Shown here piece by piece: positions 40,922-50,468 of a stretch of DNA of 64,000 nt. The stretch is from assembly GCA_963805505.1 (NCBI GenBank), contig CAWDUP010000002.1, positions 700,493-764,492 of the forward strand. The letters run 5' to 3'. Position 1 is the stretch's first letter, and each line of letters starts with the position of its first letter. A program made the translations under genes and the position numbers. Origin of the DNA: an uncultured Actinomycetota bacterium (GTDB taxonomy: Bacteria > Actinomycetota > Actinomycetes > DATJPE01). The notes under the pieces were generated by a model. It made no database searches. It was not told where the DNA came from and saw only the letters and a list, made by a program, of their open reading frames with translations.

Positions 40922-42313
40922 TCAGTGGACCGACTCGAGCGTGGTGCCCTTGGTCTCCTTGATCATCTTGAGCACGAAGAAGAACGAGCCGATGGCGGCC
41001 GCGGTGTAGATGCCATAGGCCAGGGACAGCGATACACCGGACAAGGTCGGGAAGGTCGTGGACACGACGAAGTTCGCGATCCATTGAGCTGCAGCCGCCA
41101 CTGCGAGCGCTGCCGCGCGGATGCTGTTGGGGAACATCTCGCCGAGCAGCACCCAGACGACCGGGCCCCAGGAGAACGCGAAGAAGAACACGAAGACGTT
41201 CGCCGCGAGCAGCGCGACAGTGGCAGCGGTGTGGCTGAGCGCGGGACTGTCGTTCACGATCGGGGCGTTGCCGAAGACGTAGGTCAAGGTGCCTAGTCCC
41301 ACGATCATCCCCAGCGAGCCCACCAGCAGCAGGGGGCGTCTGCCCACCTTGTCGATGATGGAGATGGCCAGCACGGTTCCGGCGATGTTGACCAGGGCGC
41401 TGATGATCGAGATGAGCAGGGACTGGTCCTCGCCGATTCCCACGCTCTGCCAAAGGACCGAGGAGTAGTAGAAGATCACGTTGATGCCGACGAGTTGTTG
41501 GAACGCGCTCAGCACGATTCCGACCCAGACCACGGGCAGCAGCCCGAAGCGTGGTCCACGCAGGTCGGAGAAGACCGGCTTGTGCTCGGCATCGATCGAG
41601 GCCTGGATCGACGCCAGCAGCGGGCGTACGTCCCCGTCGTTGACCTGCTCGAGAACCTCCAGCGCCTCCTCGCTACGGGCTTGCGCCACGAGCCAGCGCG
41701 GCGACTCCGGGATGCGTAGGGCCATCAGGCCGTAGATGAGGGCAGGAAGCGCCTCGATCATCAGCATCCATCGCCAGGCGCTCAGGCCCCAGAGCTGGCT
41801 GCTCGCCGAGCCGGCCATGCGGACGATGACGTAGTTGACGATCTGGCTGATCGCGATGCCCAGGACGATGGCCATCTGTTGAAGTGATCCGAGGCGTCCG
41901 CGCAGCGCGGGAGGTGCTATCTCGGCTATGTAGGCAGGGGCGATGACGGAGGCCACACCGATGGCGCATCCGCCGAGCATCCGCCAGATGATGAGATCGG
42001 TGACCCCGAACGACAGACCGGAGCCGATCCCGCTGACGAAGAACAGCGCGGCTGCAACGACCATGACCTTGACGCGACCATGCACATCCGCGAGCGCGCC
42101 TGCTGACCAAGCGCCCACCGCCGCCCCGAGGAGTGCGGACGACACGACGAAGCCGGTCAGCCCAGAACCGATCCCGAACTGCTGCTGGATGGCGTCGACC
42201 GCACCGTTGATGACGGCGCTGTCGTAGCCGAAGAGGAAACCACCCATCGCCGCCGTGGCAGCGAGTGACACGACCCGACGCGTGCTCGAACGACCCTCGG
42301 TGGCCATCGTCAT
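40922..42313 (-). CDS. Sugar porter MFS (GlcP-like)
   Basis: GGFLFGYDSAVINGA, PESPRWL, FQQLVGINVIFYY, ETKG. Confidence 0.93.
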   Translation of the reverse strand: MTMATEGRSSTRRVVSLAATAAMGGFLFGYDSAVINGAVDAIQQQFGIGSGLTGFVVSSALLGAAVGAWSAGALADVHGRVKVMVVAAALFFVSGIGSGLSFGVTDLIIWRMLGGCAIGVASVIAPAYIAEIAPPALRGRLGSLQQMAIVLGIAISQIVNYVIVRMAGSASSQLWGLSAWRWMLMIEALPALIYGLMALRIPESPRWLVAQARSEEALEVLEQVNDGDVRPLLASIQASIDAEHKPVFSDLRGPRFGLLPVVWVGIVLSAFQQLVGINVIFYYSSVLWQSVGIGEDQSLLISIISALVNIAGTVLAISIIDKVGRRPLLLVGSLGMIVGLGTLTYVFGNAPIVNDSPALSHTAATVALLAANVFVFFFAFSWGPVVWVLLGEMFPNSIRAAALAVAAAAQWIANFVVSTTFPTLSGVSLSLAYGIYTAAAIGSFFFVLKMIKETKGTTLESVH

Positions 42314-42362
42314 GCCCGCAGGCTAGGGCCTGCGAGGTCGAAGGGAACCGGCTTTGAGCGGG

Positions 42363-43247
42363 CTAGTCGTGGTTGGCCGCGGCCAGCGTCGCGACCTGAG
42401 CAGAAGTCAGCTGCGAGGACCAGATGGCCACCTCGTCGAGGGTCCCCGTGGGGACCGGGGCGGCGGCGCTGAGCGCCGGCCAGAGGTTGAGGTTGTCCCA
42501 ACCCACCCGCCAGTAGCCGGTAAAGCCTTGCTCGCCCTGGGTGACGCCGGGGTTCACATCGGTTTGGAGCACTCCATCCACGTAGAGCCGCATCCCAGCC
42601 GCGCCGAGAGTTGCCGCGATGTGGTGGCGACCCCCGGTGATCGGCGCATTGCTGCGAATCGTCGTCGCGCTGCCGGTCCAGATGCCGAAACGAAGGTAGC
42701 CGGCGTTGTCGAGGTACAGGTGGCGGTCGTAGCGCGAGGAAGAGCCGTTGGGCTGGTTGGAGAATCCGATCAGGCGTCCGTCGCCGCTGGACAGATTCGT
42801 CCACATGCTGAGGGTGAACTGGTCGGGTCCGTTGATGGCTGCCCCGCCGGTGCGTACCTGTGGTTGACCGGTCCCGTTCAGGGACAGGGCTGTCGAGCTG
42901 CTGCAGGCCAGGAGGCCGGGAGCACCCCACGTCAGACCGGCCCCCGCCGGTGTGGCGTTGGGCGGTCCAGCGGAGTCGACGACGCTGACGACCAGTCCCG
43001 TGTCGTCCAGTCGCAGGTAGTTGCGGGGTCCGCCTGCCATGGCCTGCACCGTGGCGGGATAGACGTTGGTGCCGCACCATGTGCCGGTCTTGAAGGTGCT
43101 GGACTTGACCGTGTCTGAGCTGGTAAACGCCGCAGCGGTCATTCCGGGGGCGTGAGCCAGGAAGGCGAGGCCGGCGATGAGCGCAGCCGCCGTGAGGCGT
43201 CGGTGCTGATCACGACGCGCGATATCACGCAGGAGAAGCGACGGCAT
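42363..43247 (-). CDS. LamG/concanavalin-like domain protein with SipW-type signal peptide
   Basis: AAAFTSSDTVKSSTFKTGTW N-terminal motif; LamG motifs YLRLDD, FTLSMW, HHIAATL, MRLYVDG, LDEVAIW; start ATG 43247 after AAGGAG. Confidence 0.82.
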   Translation of the reverse strand: MPSLLLRDIARRDQHRRLTAAALIAGLAFLAHAPGMTAAAFTSSDTVKSSTFKTGTWCGTNVYPATVQAMAGGPRNYLRLDDTGLVVSVVDSAGPPNATPAGAGLTWGAPGLLACSSSTALSLNGTGQPQVRTGGAAINGPDQFTLSMWTNLSSGDGRLIGFSNQPNGSSSRYDRHLYLDNAGYLRFGIWTGSATTIRSNAPITGGRHHIAATLGAAGMRLYVDGVLQTDVNPGVTQGEQGFTGYWRVGWDNLNLWPALSAAAPVPTGTLDEVAIWSSQLTSAQVATLAAANHD

Positions 43248-43863
43248 CGCGCTGCTCCTTCCCATCACGGGCCGAGGCGCCTGCAGCGGGTCGGCGGCGC
43301 CAGGACAGGAGCTCGGCGGTGAGGAGCAGGATGAGGGGTGGAGCGAAGACCAGGAATCGGCCCAGCGGCGAGTGGGCGTAGCCGAGGAAGTATCCCCAGC
43401 CGGGCTTCACGTCGGCGACCGCGCCGCGGACGTTGGCGACTGGTGTCAGGTCGGGGTCGGGCGAGCCGTTGCTGTCACCCTTGGTCCGGATGTATCGCGT
43501 GGTGGTGCCCAGGTCCTTGCCGTTCTCGAGGTCTTCGCGTTCGACGAGGTCGATGATCCGGTGAGTGGTGAGTGTGCTGTGTCCGGCATCCCAGAAGGTG
43601 ACGACCTGTCCGGTGCGCAGCTCGGTCGGGGCGATCGTGGTGATCACCACGGCATCCCCGGTGTTGAACTGCCCCGGCTGGACCGGCTGCCCGGGCTGGC
43701 GCTCCATCGACCCGCTCGTGACGACCAGGATCCGCTGACCGTGCACGTGGTACCAGAGGGGCAGGCCGTACGCGAACAGGGCAACACTCAAGGAGACGGC
43801 GAACACGAGGCGAAAGGTCCACCGTCGTGCTCGCCGTCCCCAGGAGATGCCTGCCGTGCTCAC
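43225..43863 (-). CDS. sipW: SipW-like (ER-type) signal peptidase I
   Basis: VVTSGSM (Ser), GDAVV, TTHRII (His in place of Lys), TKGDSN..PD; N- and C-terminal TM helices. Confidence 0.87.
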   Translation of the reverse strand: MSTAGISWGRRARRWTFRLVFAVSLSVALFAYGLPLWYHVHGQRILVVTSGSMERQPGQPVQPGQFNTGDAVVITTIAPTELRTGQVVTFWDAGHSTLTTHRIIDLVEREDLENGKDLGTTTRYIRTKGDSNGSPDPDLTPVANVRGAVADVKPGWGYFLGYAHSPLGRFLVFAPPLILLLTAELLSWRRRPAAGASARDGKEQRDAVASPA

Positions 43864-43882
43864 GAGGATCGCTCCGCTTCGG

Positions 43883-44527
43883 CTAGTTGTTCCGGGTCTG
43901 CTCGGCGTCGAACGTGAACGTCACCACGGTCGTCGCGGCCTGGAAAGCATTCCCCGTGCTCAGTGGGAGCGAGGCGACGACACAGAGGTCTTCGTTCGCA
44001 CCGGCACCCAGCGTGCGGTCGCCGGCCTGAGCCCCTTGGCTGACGCTGCCGAACAGGTCGTTGGCAGCACCGATCGGTCCAGGAACGTTGCTCACGACCA
44101 GGGTGCCACCCGGGTGGGCGCCGCCGGTGCACGCGGCAGCGTTGACACCGTCGTAGACCGAGAAGTCCAGCTGGTCGCGGAGGTTCTTGCCATCCGTGTT
44201 GTCGGCCGTGGCTGTCGCCGCGTAGCGCAGGCCGAGCGTTCCGGTGTTCTCCAGGTTGATGTTCCCGGAGACCGTGTCACCAGGAGCCATGTTGCCGGCG
44301 TTGAAACCCACGGTCGCTGGGCCGGCTGTCAGCTGGAGCGTTCCAGTGACGAAGCCGGCGCTGTCGACGGAGTCGCTGTCGGTGAACAGCGCGTTGGTCG
44401 TGAGACTGCCGAGCGCTACGAGCGAGAGCCCGGCGATGCCGAAGGCCGCGAAGAGCCGGCGACGGCGCTCCTTGTCCTCCGGGGTGTCCTGCCGAGGTCT
44501 TTCGAACTCAGCGAGCAAGTCGTCCAT
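43883..44527 (-). CDS. TasA/camelysin-family fibre subunit
   Basis: Basic-hydrophobic leader then TNALFTDSDS....F.TGTLQL; NMAPGD, NLENTGTLGLRY, GNAFQ, FTFDAEQ; start ATG 44527. Confidence 0.82.
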   Translation of the reverse strand: MDDLLAEFERPRQDTPEDKERRRRLFAAFGIAGLSLVALGSLTTNALFTDSDSVDSAGFVTGTLQLTAGPATVGFNAGNMAPGDTVSGNINLENTGTLGLRYAATATADNTDGKNLRDQLDFSVYDGVNAAACTGGAHPGGTLVVSNVPGPIGAANDLFGSVSQGAQAGDRTLGAGANEDLCVVASLPLSTGNAFQAATTVVTFTFDAEQTRNN

Positions 44528-44610
44528 GGTTGAAGTTCCTTCCCCCACAAGTCGGGATGACGTCGATGAACAGGTGGATCGCGCCGGGCGTGGTCTGACC
44601 CCCAGTTCTC

Positions 44611-44638
44611 CCATCGGCGGAGCCGGACGATCCCTTGA
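44611..44638 (-). promoter_or_regulatory. Sigma-28 (FliA/WhiG)-type promoter of the tasA-like operon
   Basis: TCAAG-N15-GCCGATGG about 85 nt upstream of the ATG. Confidence 0.62.
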
Positions 44639-44656
44639 ATCGCCTACCCTGGTGAG

Positions 44657-45736
44657 GTGCCCCCCGACGTGGTTCTGCGCTCAGTCCTGAGCGGCGTGCC
44701 CGACTATCGGGCGGGTCGTCCGGCGCCAGAGGGCGCCTACAAGATCTCCTCCAACGAGAATCCCTACCCACCGCTGCCCTCGGTGATCGAGGCACTCACC
44801 CGTTCGGCTCAATCGGTGAACCGTTATCCGGACTTCGCGTCGACGGCCCTGGTCACCCGCTTGGCGCAGCGTTTCGAGGTGCCCGTGTCCGACGTGGCGG
44901 TGGGCACGGGATCGGTGGGGGTCTGCCAGCAGATCGTCCAGTCGGTCGCCGGCCCCGGAGACGAAGTCGTGTTCGCCTGGCGTTCCTTCGAGGCCTATCC
45001 GATCATCGTGCAGGTCGCCGGTGCGACGGCCGTCCGCGTGCCCCTGCTCGAGGATGCGAGCCACGACCTGGACGCGATGAGCGCGGCCATCACGCCGCGG
45101 ACCCGGCTGGTGCTCGTCTGCAACCCCAACAACCCGACCGGGACCGCCGTACGCAGGGCGCCGCTCGAGGCGTTCCTCGATTCAGTGCCTCGCGAGGTGC
45201 TCGTCGTCGTGGACGAGGCCTACCGAGAGTTCATCACTGACACTGAGGTCCCTGATGGCCTCGACCTCTACCGGGACCGCCCGAATGTCGCCGTGCTCAG
45301 AACCTTCTCCAAGGCCTACGGCCTCGCTGCGCTCAGGGTCGGTTTCGCCATTGCCCATGAGCCGGTTGCCGCAGCCCTGCGCAAGACTGCCGTTCCGTTC
45401 GGAGTGTCCACGCTGGCCCAGGATGCCGCCGTGGCATCACTCGACGCGGAGGACGAGTTGTTGGTGCGGGTCGAGGCGCTCGTGGCGGAGCGAGCCCGGG
45501 TGTGTGATCTGCTGCGCGAGCAGGGCTGGGACGTCCCCGAGACTCAGGCCAACTTCGTCTGGCTTCCCACCGGCGAGGCTTCAATGGAGTTCGCGCAGAC
45601 CTGCGCCGAGGCTGGCGTCGTGGTGCGACCGTTCCCCGGCGAGGGGGTGCGGGTGACCATAGGTGAGCCGCAGGCCACGGACCGTTTCTTGAAGGTGGCG
45701 GGCGGCTTCCTCGACACCCGCAGAGACAGCCGCTGA
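44657..45736 (+). CDS. hisC: Histidinol-phosphate/aromatic aminotransferase (HisC2/Pat)
   Basis: [40 protein letters not shown]. Confidence 0.9.
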   Translation: MPPDVVLRSVLSGVPDYRAGRPAPEGAYKISSNENPYPPLPSVIEALTRSAQSVNRYPDFASTALVTRLAQRFEVPVSDVAVGTGSVGVCQQIVQSVAGPGDEVVFAWRSFEAYPIIVQVAGATAVRVPLLEDASHDLDAMSAAITPRTRLVLVCNPNNPTGTAVRRAPLEAFLDSVPREVLVVVDEAYREFITDTEVPDGLDLYRDRPNVAVLRTFSKAYGLAALRVGFAIAHEPVAAALRKTAVPFGVSTLAQDAAVASLDAEDELLVRVEALVAERARVCDLLREQGWDVPETQANFVWLPTGEASMEFAQTCAEAGVVVRPFPGEGVRVTIGEPQATDRFLKVAGGFLDTRRDSR

Positions 45737-45742
45737 GACCGA

Positions 45743-46708
45743 TCAGTCGCAGCCCGGTTCACCCGAGTCGCCTGTCTCCATGACGGGGATCTCGACGGCA
45801 GCGGCTGGCGGCCGTTCACCGCGAACGACGAGGGCGACGCCGGCCACCACGACGGTCCCACCCAGCACGGTCCACCGGGTGAGCGGCTCGGAGAGGATCA
45901 GCACGCCAAGGAGCACCGCCACCACCGGATTGACGTAGGCGTAGGTGGAGGCCAGTGAGATCGGGGCATGGCCGATGACCCAGACGAAGGCCGTGAAGCC
46001 CACCAGGGACCCGATCAGGACGAGATAGAACCAGGCGCCGATCGAGCGGGCGCTGTAGGTGCCCCAACCGACGTCTTCGCCGTGCAGGACGCCCAGCACG
46101 GTCAGGATGACGCTTCCGCAGAGCATCTCGTAGCACGTGAGGACGCGGGCGTCGCGAGGCAGCGGGAGGCGACCGGTCAAGAAGGTGCCCAACGCCCAGC
46201 AGAACGTACCCACCAAGACGATGCCGACCGCGACCAGCTGAGCGCTCCCGGTCCAGCCGCCGGGAAGGACCAGTACGGCAAGGCCGGCGAATCCGACAAG
46301 CACCCCCGTCACGGTGGAGGAGGACGGCCGCTCGCCGGAAGCGCGGCGAAGGATGACGACCCACAAAGGTGTGGCCGCCACCAGCATGGCCGCCAGACCC
46401 GAGGGAATGCGGGCCTCGGCCAGGGTCACTCCGCCCAGGCCGATCCCGAGCAGCAAGAAGGCGATGAGCGAGGTAGCGAGCAACTCGCGCCGAGTGATGC
46501 GCAGCACGCCAAAACCGTTTCGCACCAAAAGATATCCGGCCATCAACAAGCCAGCCGCCAAGAATCGACTGCCCATCGCGAGCAGCGGAGGCATCGACTC
46601 GATGAGGATCGCGATGCCCAGGTAGGTCGAGCCCCAGACGACGTAGACGATCGACAGCGCGGTCCACACCTGGCCCGTGCTCGCACGCTGCTCACTGGCC
46701 GTCGGCAC
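45743..46708 (-). CDS. EamA/DMT transporter (YedA-like)
   Basis: IVYVVWGSTYLGI, STYAYVNPVVAV; about 10 TM; start uncertain. Confidence 0.9.
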   Translation of the reverse strand: MPTASEQRASTGQVWTALSIVYVVWGSTYLGIAILIESMPPLLAMGSRFLAAGLLMAGYLLVRNGFGVLRITRRELLATSLIAFLLLGIGLGGVTLAEARIPSGLAAMLVAATPLWVVILRRASGERPSSSTVTGVLVGFAGLAVLVLPGGWTGSAQLVAVGIVLVGTFCWALGTFLTGRLPLPRDARVLTCYEMLCGSVILTVLGVLHGEDVGWGTYSARSIGAWFYLVLIGSLVGFTAFVWVIGHAPISLASTYAYVNPVVAVLLGVLILSEPLTRWTVLGGTVVVAGVALVVRGERPPAAAVEIPVMETGDSGEPGCD

Positions 46709-46722
46709 CTGCCGATCCTCGC

Positions 46723-48150
46723 CTACGGGTGTCGCACCCTCCGCGGCAGGCCAACTCCGGCGGCGATGGCTCCCGCGACGCACAACCCGGCGGCAGCCAC
46801 CATGGAGGGCCCGAAGGCGCTCGGGCTGCCGACCTCCTCGCCGCCCAGGGATCCGGCCAGCGGGAGCACCGCGATCGTCAGGAGGCTGCCGACCCGGGCA
46901 ATGGCGTTGTTGGCGCCCGACGCCACCCCGGATCGATCCGGCGGCACGTCACCCAGCGCGGTGGTCGTCACAGGAGCGACGACGAGCACCAGACCGAGAC
47001 CGAACAGCGTCATCGGGGCGATCACTCCCAGCCAGAAGGAGGAGCCGGGACTCACTCGCGAGAGCAGCAAGAGCGCGCCGGCCATCACCGACGGCCCGGT
47101 GACGAGCAGAATGCGCGGGCCGAGCACGGGCACCAGGCCACCGACCCGCGACGACAACAACGCCAAGGCAATAGTGAGCGGGATCCCGACCAACCCCGAC
47201 TGCAGCGCGCTGTAGCCGAGGTCCCTCTGGACGTGCACGATGAGCAGGAACAGCGCGGCCCCCATGGCGCCGTACACGACGAAAGTCACCAGATTGGCCA
47301 CGGTGAAGGTCCGGACGCGGAAGAGGCTGGGAGGCAGCATCGGGGCAGCGCTCTTGGCCTCGACGACGCCGAATGCGATCAGCAGGAGGACCCCACTGCC
47401 AGTCATGCCGAGGAGCTGGGGCAAGGACAGCCGCTCGACCTCGATGAGCGGATAGACGATGAGCCCCAGAGCGGAAGCGGCGAGCACAACCCCTGGCACG
47501 TCGAGCTGGCGGATGAGTCCTCCCGGCGTACGCCTGCCCGGCAGCGCCATCACACCGGTCCGGGTGAACCACCACGCAAGCAGCAGCAGCGGCGGGTTGA
47601 TGAGGAAGATCGCGCGCCATCCCCAGCTGACCGAGTCGACGAGCAGGCCTCCGACCAGCGGGCCGAGGGCGGTGAACAGCCCACTGAGCCCTGACCAGGC
47701 CCCGATGGCGCGACCACGGTCGGCGCCGACGAACGATCCGCTGAGGATGGCCAGCGATCCGGGCACCAACAGCGCAGCGGCAACTCCCTGCAGCAGCCGC
47801 CCCACGACGAGGAGAGGCGCCGTCGGCGCGAAGGCACACATCGTCGAGGTGAGGGCAAAGCCGAACAGCCCCCAGACGAAGACCAACCGACGCCCGAGGA
47901 GGTCGCCGAGAGATCCGCCGACGAGAACCAGCGCGCCCAGGGTCAGCAGGTATCCGTCGAGGATCCATTGCAGCGTCGAGAATCCTCCCCCTAGATCCGC
48001 CCCCATCCTGGGCAGCGCCACTGTGACCACACTGGAATCGAGAAAGGCCACCCCGGAGGCGATGATCGTCGCGGCGAGCGTGCGCCGCGCCCGGGGGCTG
48101 CCCCAGTCGAGGGGCACCGACGAGTCGCGGTCAGCGGGCGGGTTCGTCAT
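46723..48150 (-). CDS. DHA2-type MFS drug transporter
   Basis: FLDSSVVTVALP, GGSLGDLLGRR, GRLLQGVAAA, WRAIFLIN; about 14 TM. Confidence 0.9.
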   Translation of the reverse strand: MTNPPADRDSSVPLDWGSPRARRTLAATIIASGVAFLDSSVVTVALPRMGADLGGGFSTLQWILDGYLLTLGALVLVGGSLGDLLGRRLVFVWGLFGFALTSTMCAFAPTAPLLVVGRLLQGVAAALLVPGSLAILSGSFVGADRGRAIGAWSGLSGLFTALGPLVGGLLVDSVSWGWRAIFLINPPLLLLAWWFTRTGVMALPGRRTPGGLIRQLDVPGVVLAASALGLIVYPLIEVERLSLPQLLGMTGSGVLLLIAFGVVEAKSAAPMLPPSLFRVRTFTVANLVTFVVYGAMGAALFLLIVHVQRDLGYSALQSGLVGIPLTIALALLSSRVGGLVPVLGPRILLVTGPSVMAGALLLLSRVSPGSSFWLGVIAPMTLFGLGLVLVVAPVTTTALGDVPPDRSGVASGANNAIARVGSLLTIAVLPLAGSLGGEEVGSPSAFGPSMVAAAGLCVAGAIAAGVGLPRRVRHP

Positions 48151-48344
48151 CGCCCGAGAGCCTGGCACAGGCCCCACGACCCGCAGGGTTCGGCGTGGTC
48201 CGGCGTCGACTGGTCCTCGGCAGGGTGCCAGGATGGAGCCGAAGGCCGTACTCCCGGCGCCATACCCCGCGACGGCGTACGGTCGCCGTGCAGGCCGCGA
48301 TCTCGGCGATCCCGAGGCCGGCTGACCAGCGATGAGGAGGCTGC

Positions 48345-49487
48345 GTGTCCGAGACGAGACCGGCTGGAGAGCACGTCGAGCTCGTCCAGCTCCTCACGCC
48401 CGAGGGTGAGCGGATCACGCACCCTGACTACAGCATCGACCTGACCGACGAGGAATACCGCGCGCTGTTTCGCGACCTCGTGCTCACCAGGCGCGTCGAC
48501 CTCGAGGCCACCGCTTTGCAGCGCCAGGGCGAACTAGGGCTTTGGGCTGGCTGTCTCGGGCAAGAGGCGGCCCAGGTCGGATCCGGTCGGGCCATGCACG
48601 AGGACGACTTCGCCTTTCCCACCTACCGTGAGCACGGCGTCGCGCTCACCCGAGGCGTAGACCCGCTGTCCTTGCTCGGTTTGTTCCGCGGCGTCTCCAA
48701 CGGAGGCTGGAACCCCTTCGAGCGAAACTTCGCGCTCTACACGATCGTGATCGGCAACCAGTGCCTGCATGCAGTCGGTTATGCGATGGGTGCTCAGATG
48801 GAGGCGGCGAGGTCCGGGGACTCGGAGCACTCGGCCGCCGTCGTCGCCTACTTCGGTGACGGTGCGTCGAGCCAGGGGGATGTCAACGAGTCCTTCATCT
48901 GGGCCAGCGTGTTCAACGCCCCAGTGGTGTTCTTCTGCCAGAACAACCAGTGGGCCATCTCCGAACCCTTGGAGAAGCAGACTCGTATCCCGCTCTACCG
49001 GCGGGCCAACGGATTCGGTTTCCCGGGCGTCCGGGTGGACGGCAACGACGTCTTGGCGGTCCTCGCGGTCACCAGGGCACATCTGCAGGCTGCTCGCGAA
49101 GGAGCCGGTCCGGCTCTGATCGAGGCGTTCACCTACCGGATGGGGGCGCACACGACGTCGGACGACCCGACGCGCTACCGGCTGGCCAGCGACCTCGAGG
49201 CCTGGAAGCTCAAGGACCCGATCGAACGGATGCGGTCGTTCCTCTGGAAGAACCAGCTCGTCGATCAAGCGTTCTTCGACGCGCTGGACGTGGAGTCGGA
49301 GGAACTGGCGGTCCGGCTGCGCGCGGGGTGTCGGGCCATGCCGGACCCGGACCCGCTGGAGATCTTCGACCACGTGTATTCGGGGCCGCACTCCCTGGTC
49401 AGCGAGGAACGCGCAGCCTTCGCGCACTATCTCGAGTCCTTCGAAGGAGCCGACGAGCACGCGGTCCCGCAAGGAGCGACCCGATGA
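48345..49487 (+). CDS. pdhA: 2-oxoacid (pyruvate/branched-chain) dehydrogenase E1 alpha
   Basis: GQEAAQVG, TPP motif GDGASSQGD..QNNQWAIS, HTTSDDP. Confidence 0.93.
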   Translation: MSETRPAGEHVELVQLLTPEGERITHPDYSIDLTDEEYRALFRDLVLTRRVDLEATALQRQGELGLWAGCLGQEAAQVGSGRAMHEDDFAFPTYREHGVALTRGVDPLSLLGLFRGVSNGGWNPFERNFALYTIVIGNQCLHAVGYAMGAQMEAARSGDSEHSAAVVAYFGDGASSQGDVNESFIWASVFNAPVVFFCQNNQWAISEPLEKQTRIPLYRRANGFGFPGVRVDGNDVLAVLAVTRAHLQAAREGAGPALIEAFTYRMGAHTTSDDPTRYRLASDLEAWKLKDPIERMRSFLWKNQLVDQAFFDALDVESEELAVRLRAGCRAMPDPDPLEIFDHVYSGPHSLVSEERAAFAHYLESFEGADEHAVPQGATR

Positions 49488-50467
49488 GCGCGCAGACGCT
49501 GACCATGGCCAAGGCGCTCAACCTGAGCCTTCGACGATGCCTGGAGAAGGACGACTCGACGCTGATCATGGGCGAGGACGTGGGCAAGCTCGGTGGAGTG
49601 TTCCGGGTCACCGACGGTTTGCAGAAAGACTTCGGTGAACACCGCGTCATCGACACCCCCCTCGCCGAGAGCGCAATCCTCGGGACCGCGATCGGGCTGG
49701 CGATGCACGGCCACCGGCCCATCGTCGAGATCCAGTTCGACGGGTTCGTCTACCCCGCCTACGACCAGATCGTCAGCCAGCTGGCCAAGATGAATGCCCG
49801 ATCCCGTGGCCAAGTTCCGATGCCGGTCGTCGTCCGGATCCCCTACGGCGGAGGGATCGGCGCGGTCGAGCACCACAGCGAGAGTCCGGAGGCGTACTTC
49901 TCCCACACCCCAGGCCTGCGCGTCGTTTCCCCCTCTCACCCAGCCGACGCCTACTGGATGCTGCGCGAGGCGGTGGCCTGCGATGACCCCGTCATCTTCT
50001 TCGAGCCGAAGCGCCGCTACTGGGACAAGGCCGACGTCGACGAGGACGATCCGGCTCCGCTTCCGATGTCGTCGGCGCGGGTGGCCCGCGAGGGCACAGA
50101 TCTCACGTTGGTCTGTTATGGCCCCATGGTGCGGACGTGTCTGGAGGCGGCGGCGGCCGCGGAGGCCGACGGGTGCAGTCTTGAGGTCGTCGACCTGCGC
50201 AGTCTCTCCCCGGTGGACCTCGACCTGGTCTGCTCGTCGGTGGAACGCACGGGGCGACTCGTGGTGGTCCACGAAGCACCGGTCTGGCTCGGGATGGGCG
50301 CCGAGATCGCGGCGCGAGTGCAGGAGCGCTGCTTCTACTCCCTGGAGGCGCCGGTGCTTCGCGTTGGCGGCTTCCACTCGCCCTATCCGCCGTCTCGCGT
50401 GGAAGACCACTACCTCCCGGACCTCGACCGAATCCTGGACGCGGTCGACCGAGCGCTGGAGCACTGA
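49484..50467 (+). CDS. pdhB: 2-oxoacid dehydrogenase E1 beta
   Basis: GEDVGKLGGVFR, DTPLAE, EIQFDGF, HHSESPE; start ATG 49484. Confidence 0.93.
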   Translation: MSAQTLTMAKALNLSLRRCLEKDDSTLIMGEDVGKLGGVFRVTDGLQKDFGEHRVIDTPLAESAILGTAIGLAMHGHRPIVEIQFDGFVYPAYDQIVSQLAKMNARSRGQVPMPVVVRIPYGGGIGAVEHHSESPEAYFSHTPGLRVVSPSHPADAYWMLREAVACDDPVIFFEPKRRYWDKADVDEDDPAPLPMSSARVAREGTDLTLVCYGPMVRTCLEAAAAAEADGCSLEVVDLRSLSPVDLDLVCSSVERTGRLVVVHEAPVWLGMGAEIAARVQERCFYSLEAPVLRVGGFHSPYPPSRVEDHYLPDLDRILDAVDRALEH

Positions 50468-50468
50468 C

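Noticed and set aside
49794-50468. Long N-terminal extension of E2 (717-aa ORF)
   Set aside because: Overlaps pdhB in another frame; the lipoyl domain starts at about 50469-50478
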